32,000 nucleotides of DNA from an uncultured Eubacteriales bacterium (GTDB lineage Bacteria > Bacillota > Clostridia > TANB77 > CAG-508). The DNA lies in NCBI GenBank assembly GCA_948443845.1, contig CAOJUE010000005.1:1-32000 (forward strand), given 5' to 3'. The notes beneath the pieces are model-generated. The model ran no database searches. It was not told the DNA's origin and saw only the letters and a program-made list of their open reading frames with translations. This document shows, piece after piece, positions 15,878 to 26,300 of the stretch (position 1 is its first letter; each line of letters begins with the position of its first letter). The translations under genes were made by a program, and so were the position numbers.

Positions 15878-18800
15878 TTATTTTCTAAGTCCCGTTGGTG
15901 GTGAAATCGTGATGATTTCAGTAGCATCGGTGTCATCTTCGTATTGGTTGGCTCCTGTCCAATTTTGGACATTTGCATTTCCGATAATTCCTCCGCCTTT
16001 TATTACTTTATTTTCTCCTTCAGCCTCTTCTTTTGGCAATGTTGTTCTTCTTCCTGTTATATTGGTATATTGAATGACTTCTGCAATATTTTCATATGCC
16101 AAGCCTTTTCCACCACTAACGTCATCTGCCGAAATCACTTTGGTTGCAACAGCTGAGATTTTACCATACGCATCTGAGTTTCCTTCCCCAATTTCATGTT
16201 GTGTCTGTAAGAATCTTGATAATGTAATATTGCCAGTTTTTCGTTTTTCTTCCAGATTTCCTTTCTTATTATCATCAACGGATAATGCTAAATTGCTTTT
16301 CTTGTCTGTATCGTATCGAATTCCAGCTCTGTCTATTAAGTAGCATTTTGTTCCTTCTTTTTGGTTGTGAACCTTATTCCAATCTAATAAATTGTTTTTA
16401 TGCAATTCATCGGATGTGGTTGATGACCATAATCTGTTTTTCGTGTTGTTTTCCGATAAAGCAAAGGTAAAGTCGTTGTCTACATAGTCTAAAATGTGGT
16501 CTACTTTTAATTGGGCAACAACATCCTTGTCGCCTTTTTTACCAGTATAATAAGTTTGTCCGAGATACATTCCGTAATATTCTTGACCTGATAACTCTAC
16601 TTTATTATTTGCATCTTTGCCATCTATTTGAGTTGTTCCAGAAGCTTTATATGGTTTTTTCAAATAATTCAAATAATTATACTTTTCTGTTCCCTTTGAA
16701 GCATCGTATTCATAGCCCAATTTGTATTCATTTTTGGTTTTATCATAAGATGTGTAATATTTATGGGCTAATAATTCTGAAGCAGTTTGGTTTGCATTAT
16801 AAGTATATTCAATTTTATTTTCGTCTTTTTGATGAGTTGTATATACCTTAAAAATGCCATAATTTTTGTCATTTGCACCTTTTTCATACTTGATTGCATC
16901 TAAGTTTTCATTGATTCTATCAACCTCGCTATTATTCGTTGCTGTCATTTCATAATCAACTTTAATGGTACAACCTTCCAAAATATCGGTATCCATATTG
17001 ATGTAGACGAATCCTTGCTTTGTTTTTTCTTCGTTTGGCAAAAATTGTACATTTTCATAGCCAATTGATTTTTTCGGGTCAATCATTCTTGTGCCATTTT
17101 CGTCTTTGAAATATAGTTTTATCAAGGTCTTCTTATCGGAAGTTACTAATTCTAAGGTTGAAATTTCTTTATCTAGTAAAATCGATGCTTCTGGTCTGTA
17201 TTCTAGACCGAAATCTAGGTTGTCGATGCGCCATAGTCTGTCCTTGTTAAAATCAGAATAATCAAGTGGTTTTATGTGTGTTTCTTTTGATTCTATATCT
17301 TCTGGTTTTACATAGAAAATTGCACTTTCCGCATACATGTGGGTATTTCTAGTTAATCTTTTTTTACTGTTTTCCGGTTCTGCAAAAACTACTGCTTGCA
17401 ATGCTGTCATCGTTTCAGAATAGGAGTTTACGTTTAGTCTTCTGATTTCATCGTCTTGGGCATCTGAGAAAATTTCCAATCGCAATTCATCTTTTACCTC
17501 ATCAAAATAGCCAAAGTTTTGCTGACTTCCTAAATTATCGGTGTAATTTAAGTTTTCGTAATAGCCAATCTTATTGTAATACGTCGCTGATTTGTAATCC
17601 TGTCCATTGTAAGTTATGCATTCTTCTTTTGTACTATCATCGCCATAATCAAACCTTACTTTATAGTATCCTGGAATGAAATGGTCTAATACATATTTTC
17701 CTTCTTTATTTGTTCTTGTTTCAATAAGTTCTCCTTTTGCGTGTTGTGTAATAGTGCCATTAGCATTTGTTACATCAACATCATAAGTATATCTTGCTGG
17801 ATATTCATAATATCTGTCTTTGCCATTTGCATCTTTCCATTGCACCACTTCGATGAGTGAAACTTTTACGTCTTTCACTGCTTTATCATTATTATAATCT
17901 ACTTTTGGATTGGTTGCTGCTTTCTCACCATTTTCGTCATAATTTTTATCATTTACATTATATACACCATTTCCCAAATATTGCACAGCAGTTTCAAGTC
18001 CATTTTTCTTTTCACTTACTGTTTCAGACCTCGCATCATCCCAAACCATACCAGTTATAATTCTTTCGGTGGATGATTTTTTCTTTGGTGGATCTTCTGG
18101 CGGCGGAGGAGTTGGCTCTTGTCCATCTAGTAAACCTACTTTGATTCCCACTTTGTAGGTATCGTCTTCATAATTGTCATAGTCTCGATAGTCATTGTCT
18201 ACATCTCTATCATACTTCAACAGATTTCCTGGATTGGAATCTCTATCAACTAATGCTGCATATTTTCCTGCTAAACCTTGATGGAAATAGCCATTTTCTC
18301 CTTGCTCGTCATTTGGTTTATATCTGGTTGTATAGGCTGAAATTTCACCAATTAGTTCTAAGCCCATGTCGTCGTCTTTTGTGATTTTTAAGTTTCTTGT
18401 ATCTGCTTCTTTATCTACTGTCAAAGTGATGTAAACATCAACATAATCGCCTTCTTTTAAGTATAAATTTTCCATTCCCGTTAAGTACATTACTTGATAT
18501 TCATCGTGAAGTTGTCCATCTGAATTTGGATAGGTTGCATTGTCATTTATTCTTAATTCTCCAGTATTTCCTGTGTTAGTTTCATAGTTTATTCTTGATA
18601 TACGTTGTTCTTTGTCTTCTAGCAAACCAGTTTCAGAATTTTTTTCTTTTACTGTAACTGTGCTTGTATTATCGGCTTTCATAAAGTTTTTATCATAATA
18701 AATCGTTAATTCATTGATTGCTGTTTCGACTGGGATGTCATTATCTTGTCCCATAACACCAGTGCTTACGTTTGGTTCGTCGTGTTTAATGTCATTATTT

Positions 18801-21800
18801 GTTATTCTAACTCGATAAGTTACTTCTGTATTAAGTTCGCTTTCTGTTCCTTTGTAACTTTCTACCACTTGAGTTTCTTCCTGATTATAATAATCATTTC
18901 TGTAATAATAATCTGTTGTATATAAATCTAAATCATAGGCTTCATCCAATCTGTAATCATTTTTATGACGTTCTTCGTAGGCTTTTTTACGTTCCTCATA
19001 AACGCTTCGTTCTTCTCCTTCATTTCGAGTTGGAATTGGCTCATCATAGTTAGTTGAATCTGCATCATTTGCATTGTAACCATATGTCATTTCTTCACCA
19101 TTGATGGTTGTTTTTACGGAATATACATCGGCTTCCATAGAAAGATCGATTTGTTCTCTTGGTACTAAGCCTAGATTGATATATTTTAGGTATTCTGTTT
19201 CAACAATATCTTCTCTTTGTGTCTTATAATCAATTGGCTTTTCTTGATTTTCTGCACGCGGATAATTATAGGAGTTAGAGTATGAACAGTTAAATAAAGA
19301 TAAAGTGTCTGTATTTTTGTTGGTTTTGGATTTTCCCCATTCATCACAATCGGTAATTTCGTTTTGATAGCTTTGGGTTATAAAACTTCTAGCAGTCATT
19401 CTAGTTCCTATTTGACTGTCTTGTCCACTTGCTTCTTCATTTAATGTACTGTTATGTCCTTCTTTTTTATAACTTAAATCATTTTCAATCGGTGCACCAT
19501 TCGCACCTTCTCTTGTATCGATACCATATGCTTTGTCATATCCAATGGTTCGATTACCTTCTGTAAACTGATATCTTACCTTGTCAAATTCATACGCATT
19601 TGAGTCTATCATATACTCTGTTCTTCCCAATATTCCCAATTCTGGGCCTTTATAAGTAATACTTTGGCTTTGTGGCAATTTTGGATTGCCATTTTCATCG
19701 GTATAGCCTTGTCGCCAATAAGAAATCGTTTTGTCTAACTCATCAATGCTTAAATTTCCTTTTCCGTGTGTTTCACCACTCTGCACTCCACCATAGACTT
19801 CTGTTGCTTTGTACATTTGGCCATAATATTCAAATTCTACAAAATAGCTGATTAATCTGTTTTCCTCTTGATAACTATAATTTCCATTCTCCTCCTTCCA
19901 AGATTTGTTTACTCTACCAAAATTATAATATCCATGTTGTTTTGTTTTGTCATTATATTCTGTTATTCTCTTGTCACCTACTAATACATATTCATCTGGT
20001 TTGTCTGGATTTATGTTGCCATATAATCTTACATAAATTCCATCTTTTCCTTCTTCGTCATTGTCATAATAACCATTTCGATTGGTATCTACCCAAACGG
20101 TACCAGAAATAATTAAGTCCTTTAGACGAATAAAATTTGTTCTGCTTACATGCTTATTTTGTATGGCAACATTTTCGTTTGTTACAATTCTTAGGTCGTT
20201 TGGCACTTTTCTATTATTTTTATTTTTTCTGTTAATATTGGTTAATGTTACAATTTCCGAACGAAAAGCCAAATTTCTCAAGCACATATTGCTTTCCGTG
20301 ACTTCTACATAAGAAAGATAATACAAATAATCTCCTGGTGACAAAATAATTTCTTCATCTAAAATTTCGTATTCGTAAATCCACTGTGAGCCCGTATCGT
20401 TTAAACTTTGAACAATTCTGGATTGATTTCCGTCGCTACTTACTAATTCATCCTTTCCTGAAGAAGCATGATGCCAATAAATCGCATATTGATATTGGGT
20501 TAGTCCATAATCAATTGTTTGTCTTACAAGAGTTGGACGGACACGTGTATTGTATCGTTTATAAGAAGCTTGGGTATTTTCTTTTTCTGCTTTAGTATAA
20601 TTGTTGGTTATCACGGTTTTGTAGCATAATGTTTCGTATTTTTCGACATTTAATGGAGACTGATTTGAATAAGTATGTTCTTGTTCACTAAATGCTTCAC
20701 CAGATTCACCTGTCGAAAATTCATAATTATCATTATATTTTGCCATTTCTGCATTGTAGGTAAAAATGTATTCATCTAGAATAGCATCATAGTGGCTTAT
20801 TTTGTATTGTTCTTTAACTTCAGTTCTACTACTTGTATTTTGAATTGGATTTTCTTCGTGCAAATTTCTATTGTTTCTATTGTATACTTCTGTAAGTAAT
20901 AACGTAGTTGTTTCTGTTGTATCTCTTTTTACCTCTTCTGCCACTAAAGTTAATGTAATCGTTGTCGTCGAATTTCTTCCTATTCTCACTTTTGAAAACT
21001 CAACTTTATTTCCATTTTCACGATAGTTATCATACGAATCTGTTGAACTAATACTTCGCAAGGTATATTTTTTCGGTAATTCGAAGTTTAAATCGACTGT
21101 TACCGTATCTGGGTTAAACCATGGAGTAGAGCTATTTGCTATATCATAATTCGTATTATATAAAACAAATTTATATGTAACAACATCTCCATATTCTACA
21201 AATACTGGATCACCTAATTTCCAATCATTGTCTTTTCTTTCTCTTGCATTTGACGAATAGGTTACACCTGTTCCAGCACGAGTTTCCTGATGATTTACCT
21301 GTGCAATATATTGGTCAATAGAAATATCGTATTTTTTTGTGGTAAACGCATCTTGGTCTTCTTCAATTCTATTAAAACGTGATTTTGCCACATTTTTCAT
21401 ATCATATGTTTCAGCATTAGTTGCAAAAACCTTTACAATTTTTGCAGTACTGATTGCCTTCCCATAATTGGCAATATTCATTCTTGCAATTAACGTAATT
21501 TCTTTTGTATTAGGAGTAGGATTTCCTGGAGAAGTCGGTGAAGCTGCTTCGTCCATTCGTACTAATTTCCAATTAACTGGACTTCCATTTCCTCCATGTG
21601 TAGCAGATACAAAAGTTGCTTCTGTTGGCAAAATATCCTCAATATTTACATAGATATTTGCTTTTGTATAATTTTCAATGATAATTTTATAAATAATTTC
21701 ATCGCCTAATTCCCCAACTGCTGGTTGTGCTAATTTCGTACTTGTATCCCATGCTTTTCTTCCACCAATTCCAGAATGGGCCATCATACCTCCACTGTTA

Positions 21801-22999
21801 TAATGGTCTTCACCACCAATTGAATGAATGTAATGTTTGATGGCAACATCACTGTTAATTCTGAAAGAAAAGTTTAAGTCTTCTGACTTTACTGTATTTC
21901 CTGTTTGTTTATTAGTTCTAGTATAGGTTCCATCATTTCCAGTAGGTTGTGCTAATTCACTATTTTGACATAATGAATATAAGATTTTTACACTATAATC
22001 ATAAAAATATTTTGTAACATTTATATCTACTACGTTACTACTCAAATCGCCTGTATTAATCTTAATGGTATATTGATAATTTCCACTTCCTTCTATTGCT
22101 TTATTAGCTGGGACTGCTACTAAAGTACCGTTCGTAATTTCAATTTTGCCAAATTCTCCTTCATAGGTTGTTGTTGTTCCACTTTTGGTACCTGTTGGCA
22201 CAGACCCAAATATAATAGGAAAATCTAAATACATATAAAATTCTTCATCAGGCAGTAATCCTTCTGTAGGCGAAACTGGCAATGTTTTACCAATTACACT
22301 ATTTATGCTAATATTTTCATGTGCTTCTATATCATAAAACTTTTTCTCATCTTGATATTCTTGTGCATTGGAAAAATCAGTATTTTGAGCATGACTATCA
22401 TCCAATCCACCACCGATTTTATCAGAAATACTACCACCTTCTGCCCATATAGCTGCTTGAACTCCTAGTCTTTCTCTTTTGGTTTCAGAATTAGGATCTT
22501 CCTTATAATTATACATTATACATCCTGCTGTTTCAGTAAAATCAGCTGTATGTCCAAAAACAGGTTCCCAATAGTAGTTCGTATGCCAAAATGTCTTTTT
22601 CATATTACTATCATGACTATCTATATGTGTAACCCAACCAGGATCATGTTCAAAACTATGCATCGATTTACCAGCATACATACAATAATATTCTCCGCCG
22701 AATTCCAATAAATCAGATGATGTAAACCACCAATGTACTCCAGTATCTGTTGATGTAAAACTTCCACCACGTAATTCATTTGTTGTCCAAGTATTATAAG
22801 TAGGTCCCACCCAAGTATTATCCGTATCATAATATCCTTCTGTAACTTGTTCATTATGATAAACCGTTTCCCAATAGTGATCGCAATTGTCATACCACTT
22901 GCTCTCATCATACGCTAAGTCTTCTCTAAACATCAAAATTATGAGTAACATCATTAGTCCAATCAAAAAATATTTGACTTTACCTTCCAAATCATTCAC
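15878..22999 (-). CDS. Giant surface protein (2373 aa): N-terminal signal anchor, many Ig-like/DUF11-like and SdrD-B-like repeats
   Basis: KVKYFLIGLMMLLIILMF TM; ISGTVWVDTNRNGYYDNDEEGKDGIYVRLYG and ITGMVWDD are SdrD-B-like; proline linker PTPPPPEDPP. AGAGGAGG overlaps the GTG at 22999, so the TTG at 22990 may be the real start. Confidence 0.85.
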   Translation of the reverse strand: MNDLEGKVKYFLIGLMMLLIILMFREDLAYDESKWYDNCDHYWETVYHNEQVTEGYYDTDNTWVGPTYNTWTTNELRGGSFTSTDTGVHWWFTSSDLLEFGGEYYCMYAGKSMHSFEHDPGWVTHIDSHDSNMKKTFWHTNYYWEPVFGHTADFTETAGCIMYNYKEDPNSETKRERLGVQAAIWAEGGSISDKIGGGLDDSHAQNTDFSNAQEYQDEKKFYDIEAHENISINSVIGKTLPVSPTEGLLPDEEFYMYLDFPIIFGSVPTGTKSGTTTTYEGEFGKIEITNGTLVAVPANKAIEGSGNYQYTIKINTGDLSSNVVDINVTKYFYDYSVKILYSLCQNSELAQPTGNDGTYTRTNKQTGNTVKSEDLNFSFRINSDVAIKHYIHSIGGEDHYNSGGMMAHSGIGGRKAWDTSTKLAQPAVGELGDEIIYKIIIENYTKANIYVNIEDILPTEATFVSATHGGNGSPVNWKLVRMDEAASPTSPGNPTPNTKEITLIARMNIANYGKAISTAKIVKVFATNAETYDMKNVAKSRFNRIEEDQDAFTTKKYDISIDQYIAQVNHQETRAGTGVTYSSNARERKDNDWKLGDPVFVEYGDVVTYKFVLYNTNYDIANSSTPWFNPDTVTVDLNFELPKKYTLRSISSTDSYDNYRENGNKVEFSKVRIGRNSTTTITLTLVAEEVKRDTTETTTLLLTEVYNRNNRNLHEENPIQNTSSRTEVKEQYKISHYDAILDEYIFTYNAEMAKYNDNYEFSTGESGEAFSEQEHTYSNQSPLNVEKYETLCYKTVITNNYTKAEKENTQASYKRYNTRVRPTLVRQTIDYGLTQYQYAIYWHHASSGKDELVSSDGNQSRIVQSLNDTGSQWIYEYEILDEEIILSPGDYLYYLSYVEVTESNMCLRNLAFRSEIVTLTNINRKNKNNRKVPNDLRIVTNENVAIQNKHVSRTNFIRLKDLIISGTVWVDTNRNGYYDNDEEGKDGIYVRLYGNINPDKPDEYVLVGDKRITEYNDKTKQHGYYNFGRVNKSWKEENGNYSYQEENRLISYFVEFEYYGQMYKATEVYGGVQSGETHGKGNLSIDELDKTISYWRQGYTDENGNPKLPQSQSITYKGPELGILGRTEYMIDSNAYEFDKVRYQFTEGNRTIGYDKAYGIDTREGANGAPIENDLSYKKEGHNSTLNEEASGQDSQIGTRMTARSFITQSYQNEITDCDEWGKSKTNKNTDTLSLFNCSYSNSYNYPRAENQEKPIDYKTQREDIVETEYLKYINLGLVPREQIDLSMEADVYSVKTTINGEEMTYGYNANDADSTNYDEPIPTRNEGEERSVYEERKKAYEERHKNDYRLDEAYDLDLYTTDYYYRNDYYNQEETQVVESYKGTESELNTEVTYRVRITNNDIKHDEPNVSTGVMGQDNDIPVETAINELTIYYDKNFMKADNTSTVTVKEKNSETGLLEDKEQRISRINYETNTGNTGELRINDNATYPNSDGQLHDEYQVMYLTGMENLYLKEGDYVDVYITLTVDKEADTRNLKITKDDDMGLELIGEISAYTTRYKPNDEQGENGYFHQGLAGKYAALVDRDSNPGNLLKYDRDVDNDYRDYDNYEDDTYKVGIKVGLLDGQEPTPPPPEDPPKKKSSTERIITGMVWDDARSETVSEKKNGLETAVQYLGNGVYNVNDKNYDENGEKAATNPKVDYNNDKAVKDVKVSLIEVVQWKDANGKDRYYEYPARYTYDVDVTNANGTITQHAKGELIETRTNKEGKYVLDHFIPGYYKVRFDYGDDSTKEECITYNGQDYKSATYYNKIGYYENLNYTDNLGSQQNFGYFDEVKDELRLEIFSDAQDDEIRRLNVNSYSETMTALQAVVFAEPENSKKRLTRNTHMYAESAIFYVKPEDIESKETHIKPLDYSDFNKDRLWRIDNLDFGLEYRPEASILLDKEISTLELVTSDKKTLIKLYFKDENGTRMIDPKKSIGYENVQFLPNEEKTKQGFVYINMDTDILEGCTIKVDYEMTATNNSEVDRINENLDAIKYEKGANDKNYGIFKVYTTHQKDENKIEYTYNANQTASELLAHKYYTSYDKTKNEYKLGYEYDASKGTEKYNYLNYLKKPYKASGTTQIDGKDANNKVELSGQEYYGMYLGQTYYTGKKGDKDVVAQLKVDHILDYVDNDFTFALSENNTKNRLWSSTTSDELHKNNLLDWNKVHNQKEGTKCYLIDRAGIRYDTDKKSNLALSVDDNKKGNLEEKRKTGNITLSRFLQTQHEIGEGNSDAYGKISAVATKVISADDVSGGKGLAYENIAEVIQYTNITGRRTTLPKEEAEGENKVIKGGGIIGNANVQNWTGANQYEDDTDATEIITISPPTGLRK

Positions 23000-23004
23000 C
23001 TCCT

Positions 23005-23385
23005 CTACTTATAAATTTTCTTAATTCCCTTTTTCAAATTAAAACTAATCTCAATTTTTCCTGTGGATATCATATATCCAAACATCCCAATAATCGCTAT
23101 TACACTAATACTTACAACACCAATCACTTTATAACTAATTCCTTGTGTCAATGTAAGAATCGTTTCTTGTGTCGCAAAATTGTTGGAAACTGCTTCTGTT
23201 AATCTTGAGTCACTTTCGCTATAGGCAATTCTTACCTTGTTACTAACAACTCCTGTGTTGTTCTCTGTCATATTTTTGGTTAATACTAAAGTAATTTCCT
23301 TATTTTCTCCTGGCGCGATATCAACTCCTTTTAATTCGTCATTATACACACTTCCGTTCGATAACGCCACATGACCAATTCGCAT
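23005..23385 (-). pseudogene. C-terminal fragment (last Ig-like strands plus TM anchor) of the upstream giant gene, displaced by a frameshift
   Basis: VALSNGSVYNDELKGVDIAPGENKEITLVLT continues the domain begun at IVDYIPNGMTFYQSENANW in the other frame; VIGVVSISVIAIIGMFGYMI TM plus a KKGIKKIYK tail. Confidence 0.7.
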
Positions 23386-26300
23386 TTTCTGATTGATAGA
23401 ATGTCATTCCATTTGGAATATAATCAACGATGCTAGTTGCTCTTCCTGACACATTTCCAACATTAGTAACTACAATTTTATAAGTTAATTTTACAATTGC
23501 TTCATCAATATCCTTTGGGTTAATTTCAAGTTTTGCTAAACTCAAATTCTCAAAATCATAAACTTCTTTTTCGTCACCAATTTGAATGGAAGCATGACTT
23601 AAGTATTGATCTACTTTTAAATCAAATTTCTCTTTTTCAACTAAACCTGCATCAACATTACTTAAAGAATTATTTTCAATTGTAAGTGTATCTGTAACCG
23701 CCATTCCTTCTTCAATTTCGACTGTATCTGAGGTCTCTGGGCTACTAACATACGAATCTTCGTCATAATGATAAACAACACTATATTCTCCTTCTTTCAA
23801 GCCTTGGAAAGAATAATTTCCATACGAATCTGTAGTCGTCGCTTGTACCATCGTAGAATCTTTTAAAAGTTGTACTTGTACTTGCGATCTGATGTTCCCA
23901 CTAATATCTGCATATACATTTCCTGAAATTGAATATTCTGCTTTTTCATTTTTTTCTGATTCTTGTTTATTTTCCAATGAATGAACAACAAGATTAATTG
24001 GATTTGACTGCTTTTCATTTCCCCCTTTCGTCTTCACTGTAAAAATGCTTACATAATTATAATCCTCTTCTAATTCAAAAGTCATATTAACTTGACCAGT
24101 TAAAACAACTTCTATACTTTCTCCACCTTTGATTTCTTTATAAATCTCAACATCATTAAAAGAATATAATTGCTTATTTTCTCCATTACAAATTAATCTG
24201 GTATCATTAATATTCAAATATTTTGGTACATTTTGATAAATTGTAATTGGCTCAGTTGCTTTGCTATTATTCGTTACAAGAATTCTCATTTCAAATGTAT
24301 CACCAAGATTAAATTCCGTTTGATTGATGGTTTGCTTTATATCAAGGTCTGCTTTTCCTGTTTCGAAATGAAGTTCATTTGAATCGTAAACTTTTTCACG
24401 GTTATCATTACTCCAAACACTAAATTTTGAATTCGCTATCAAATAATTGGATGGCAAATCTTGAATGGTAGAATGAAGAAAAATAGTTACTCCATTTTCA
24501 TCAATATCTCCAACATCTATAAGAAGTTGCCCACTTTCACTTGAATAGTTTAATTTTTTTCCATAAGTATTAACATCAGAAACGTTAAGATAGCTTGGCA
24601 AATCACAAGACATAATAACATTTCTTATGGTTTCATTTGTATGATTCGCAATGCTAACACCATAATTTATTTCGTCTCCTTTTGTTGGCAAGGACATATC
24701 TAAAGCAAAATTAGCTTTTACTCTAATCTCACCTTTTCTAGCTTCTAAACGATAAGTTTGATTGGCTCCTTTTAATTCTGCATACCCATCAAGAGTTGTT
24801 AAATCTGCTTGACTTTCCTCGACTTTTACTTGAAATTCAAATGTTTTTTTCTCTCCAACCGCTAAATTGTCAATAGTAAATTCCTTAAAGGTAACCGATT
24901 CATCATCCACATATTCTTGAATTTTATTATTTAAATCATCCACATATAGAGAAGATTGTGTATATACCGTTCCTGTTGGAATGGTAACATATAATTTATC
25001 GTCTTTTAAATCTCCTTTGGAATGATTTTTAACTTCAACTTCTAATGTTACAATTTGACCATAGCAAATATTGTTGTTATCATTTTTCGGTTTTACTGTA
25101 ATCTTATAGTCAGGCGTTGCTTCTGTTACTAATCCTACTTTATCCGCCTCTGTACTTTCATAAGAAACCAAATTCTCTGAAAGATTATTATAAAATCCAC
25201 CAAAACTTCCATACAACATTTTATCGTATGACAATTGTTCTGGAATTTCAAAATCATAAGTAAATTTCAAAACACTTCCTGCCGACAAATTTCCATCAAC
25301 AATTATCATATACGATTTAATTTGACTAAAATCTTGCACATTCATAGTCCAACCATTTGCACTGTCATTCAAATCTTTGGTTACTTTTTCATTTGTAGAA
25401 TAGTAAATCGTCACAGAATTTGCATTTTGTGAATCTGCTTGAATTCCATTTAATAATTTCGTTGTAACATTGGTGCCTAAATCTTTTTTACTAATGACGC
25501 TTGTATTTCCCTCAAACGGTATTTTTCCTAAAAATACAACATCCAAGCAAGCATTATTCGTATTATTACTTGCGACTAATTCCATTTTAGCAATTTGCAC
25601 ATTGGAATATGTTTTGATTTCCGCCGTCTTCTCGCCTTGATTAATTGAACCGATTTTGCTATCTTGACCATCATAATTGATAACAGCATTCGATGTTATC
25701 AATCCACTTGGTGCTTGATAATTCACAATTGCGACATCAAAGCCATTCGTATCTTTCAAAATACCATTTGGCATTGATTTATTCACAGTCCACTTGGTTT
25801 GCGCTTTATAATTGGTTACCGCTTCGTTGTAATAATATAGTTTGATTTGGTCTTGCTTTTTTGGCGTATATTCTTCTAAAGTTACATTCAAGTTCAAAAC
25901 AATATTAGTACCATTTGTGATGGCACTTTCACTAAATTTATTTTGCGTTCCTGTAAGTTCAATTTTCAATTTTACCAAATTATCTTGCTCAAAAGTTTCA
26001 TAATTTGCAATTTCTAGTCCACAGCCATAAATTAAATTGATTTTTTCGACATCTACTTTTGTAATATGTTTTGGAAATACCAATTCAAAAACAGGATTTT
26101 TGTAAAAATCGGTGTCTTCTTTATCATTATTAAGAGCAATTCTGACTTCTACATTATCATTTTTTGCTGTAGTATTTAAATTATGATTGGTCAAAGAAAT
26201 TTCCGCAACCGTTTTGCTATCTTGCAATTTTTTGGTTGCAACAATTTCTTCCATGGCATACCTTTCTTCATAATTTTGATATTTTAATTCTGACGAAACA

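Noticed and set aside
15878-15900. C-terminal ...ITISPPTGLRK, resembling a (S/P)PXTG sortase-B-type sorting motif
   Set aside because: Only three residues follow the motif, with no hydrophobic segment or charged tail, and the terminator hairpin starts 5 nt after the stop. It cannot be a functional cell-wall sorting signal as it stands. It may simply be the end of the last beta-strand.
15843-22911. Short ORFs on both strands within the 2373-aa gene (e.g. 15790..15978, 15843..16073, 16074..16343, 20082..20312, 22621..22911)
   Set aside because: They are overlapping or antisense frames of one continuous 7.1-kb ORF with coherent repeat-domain content. 15790..15978 also spans the terminator hairpin.
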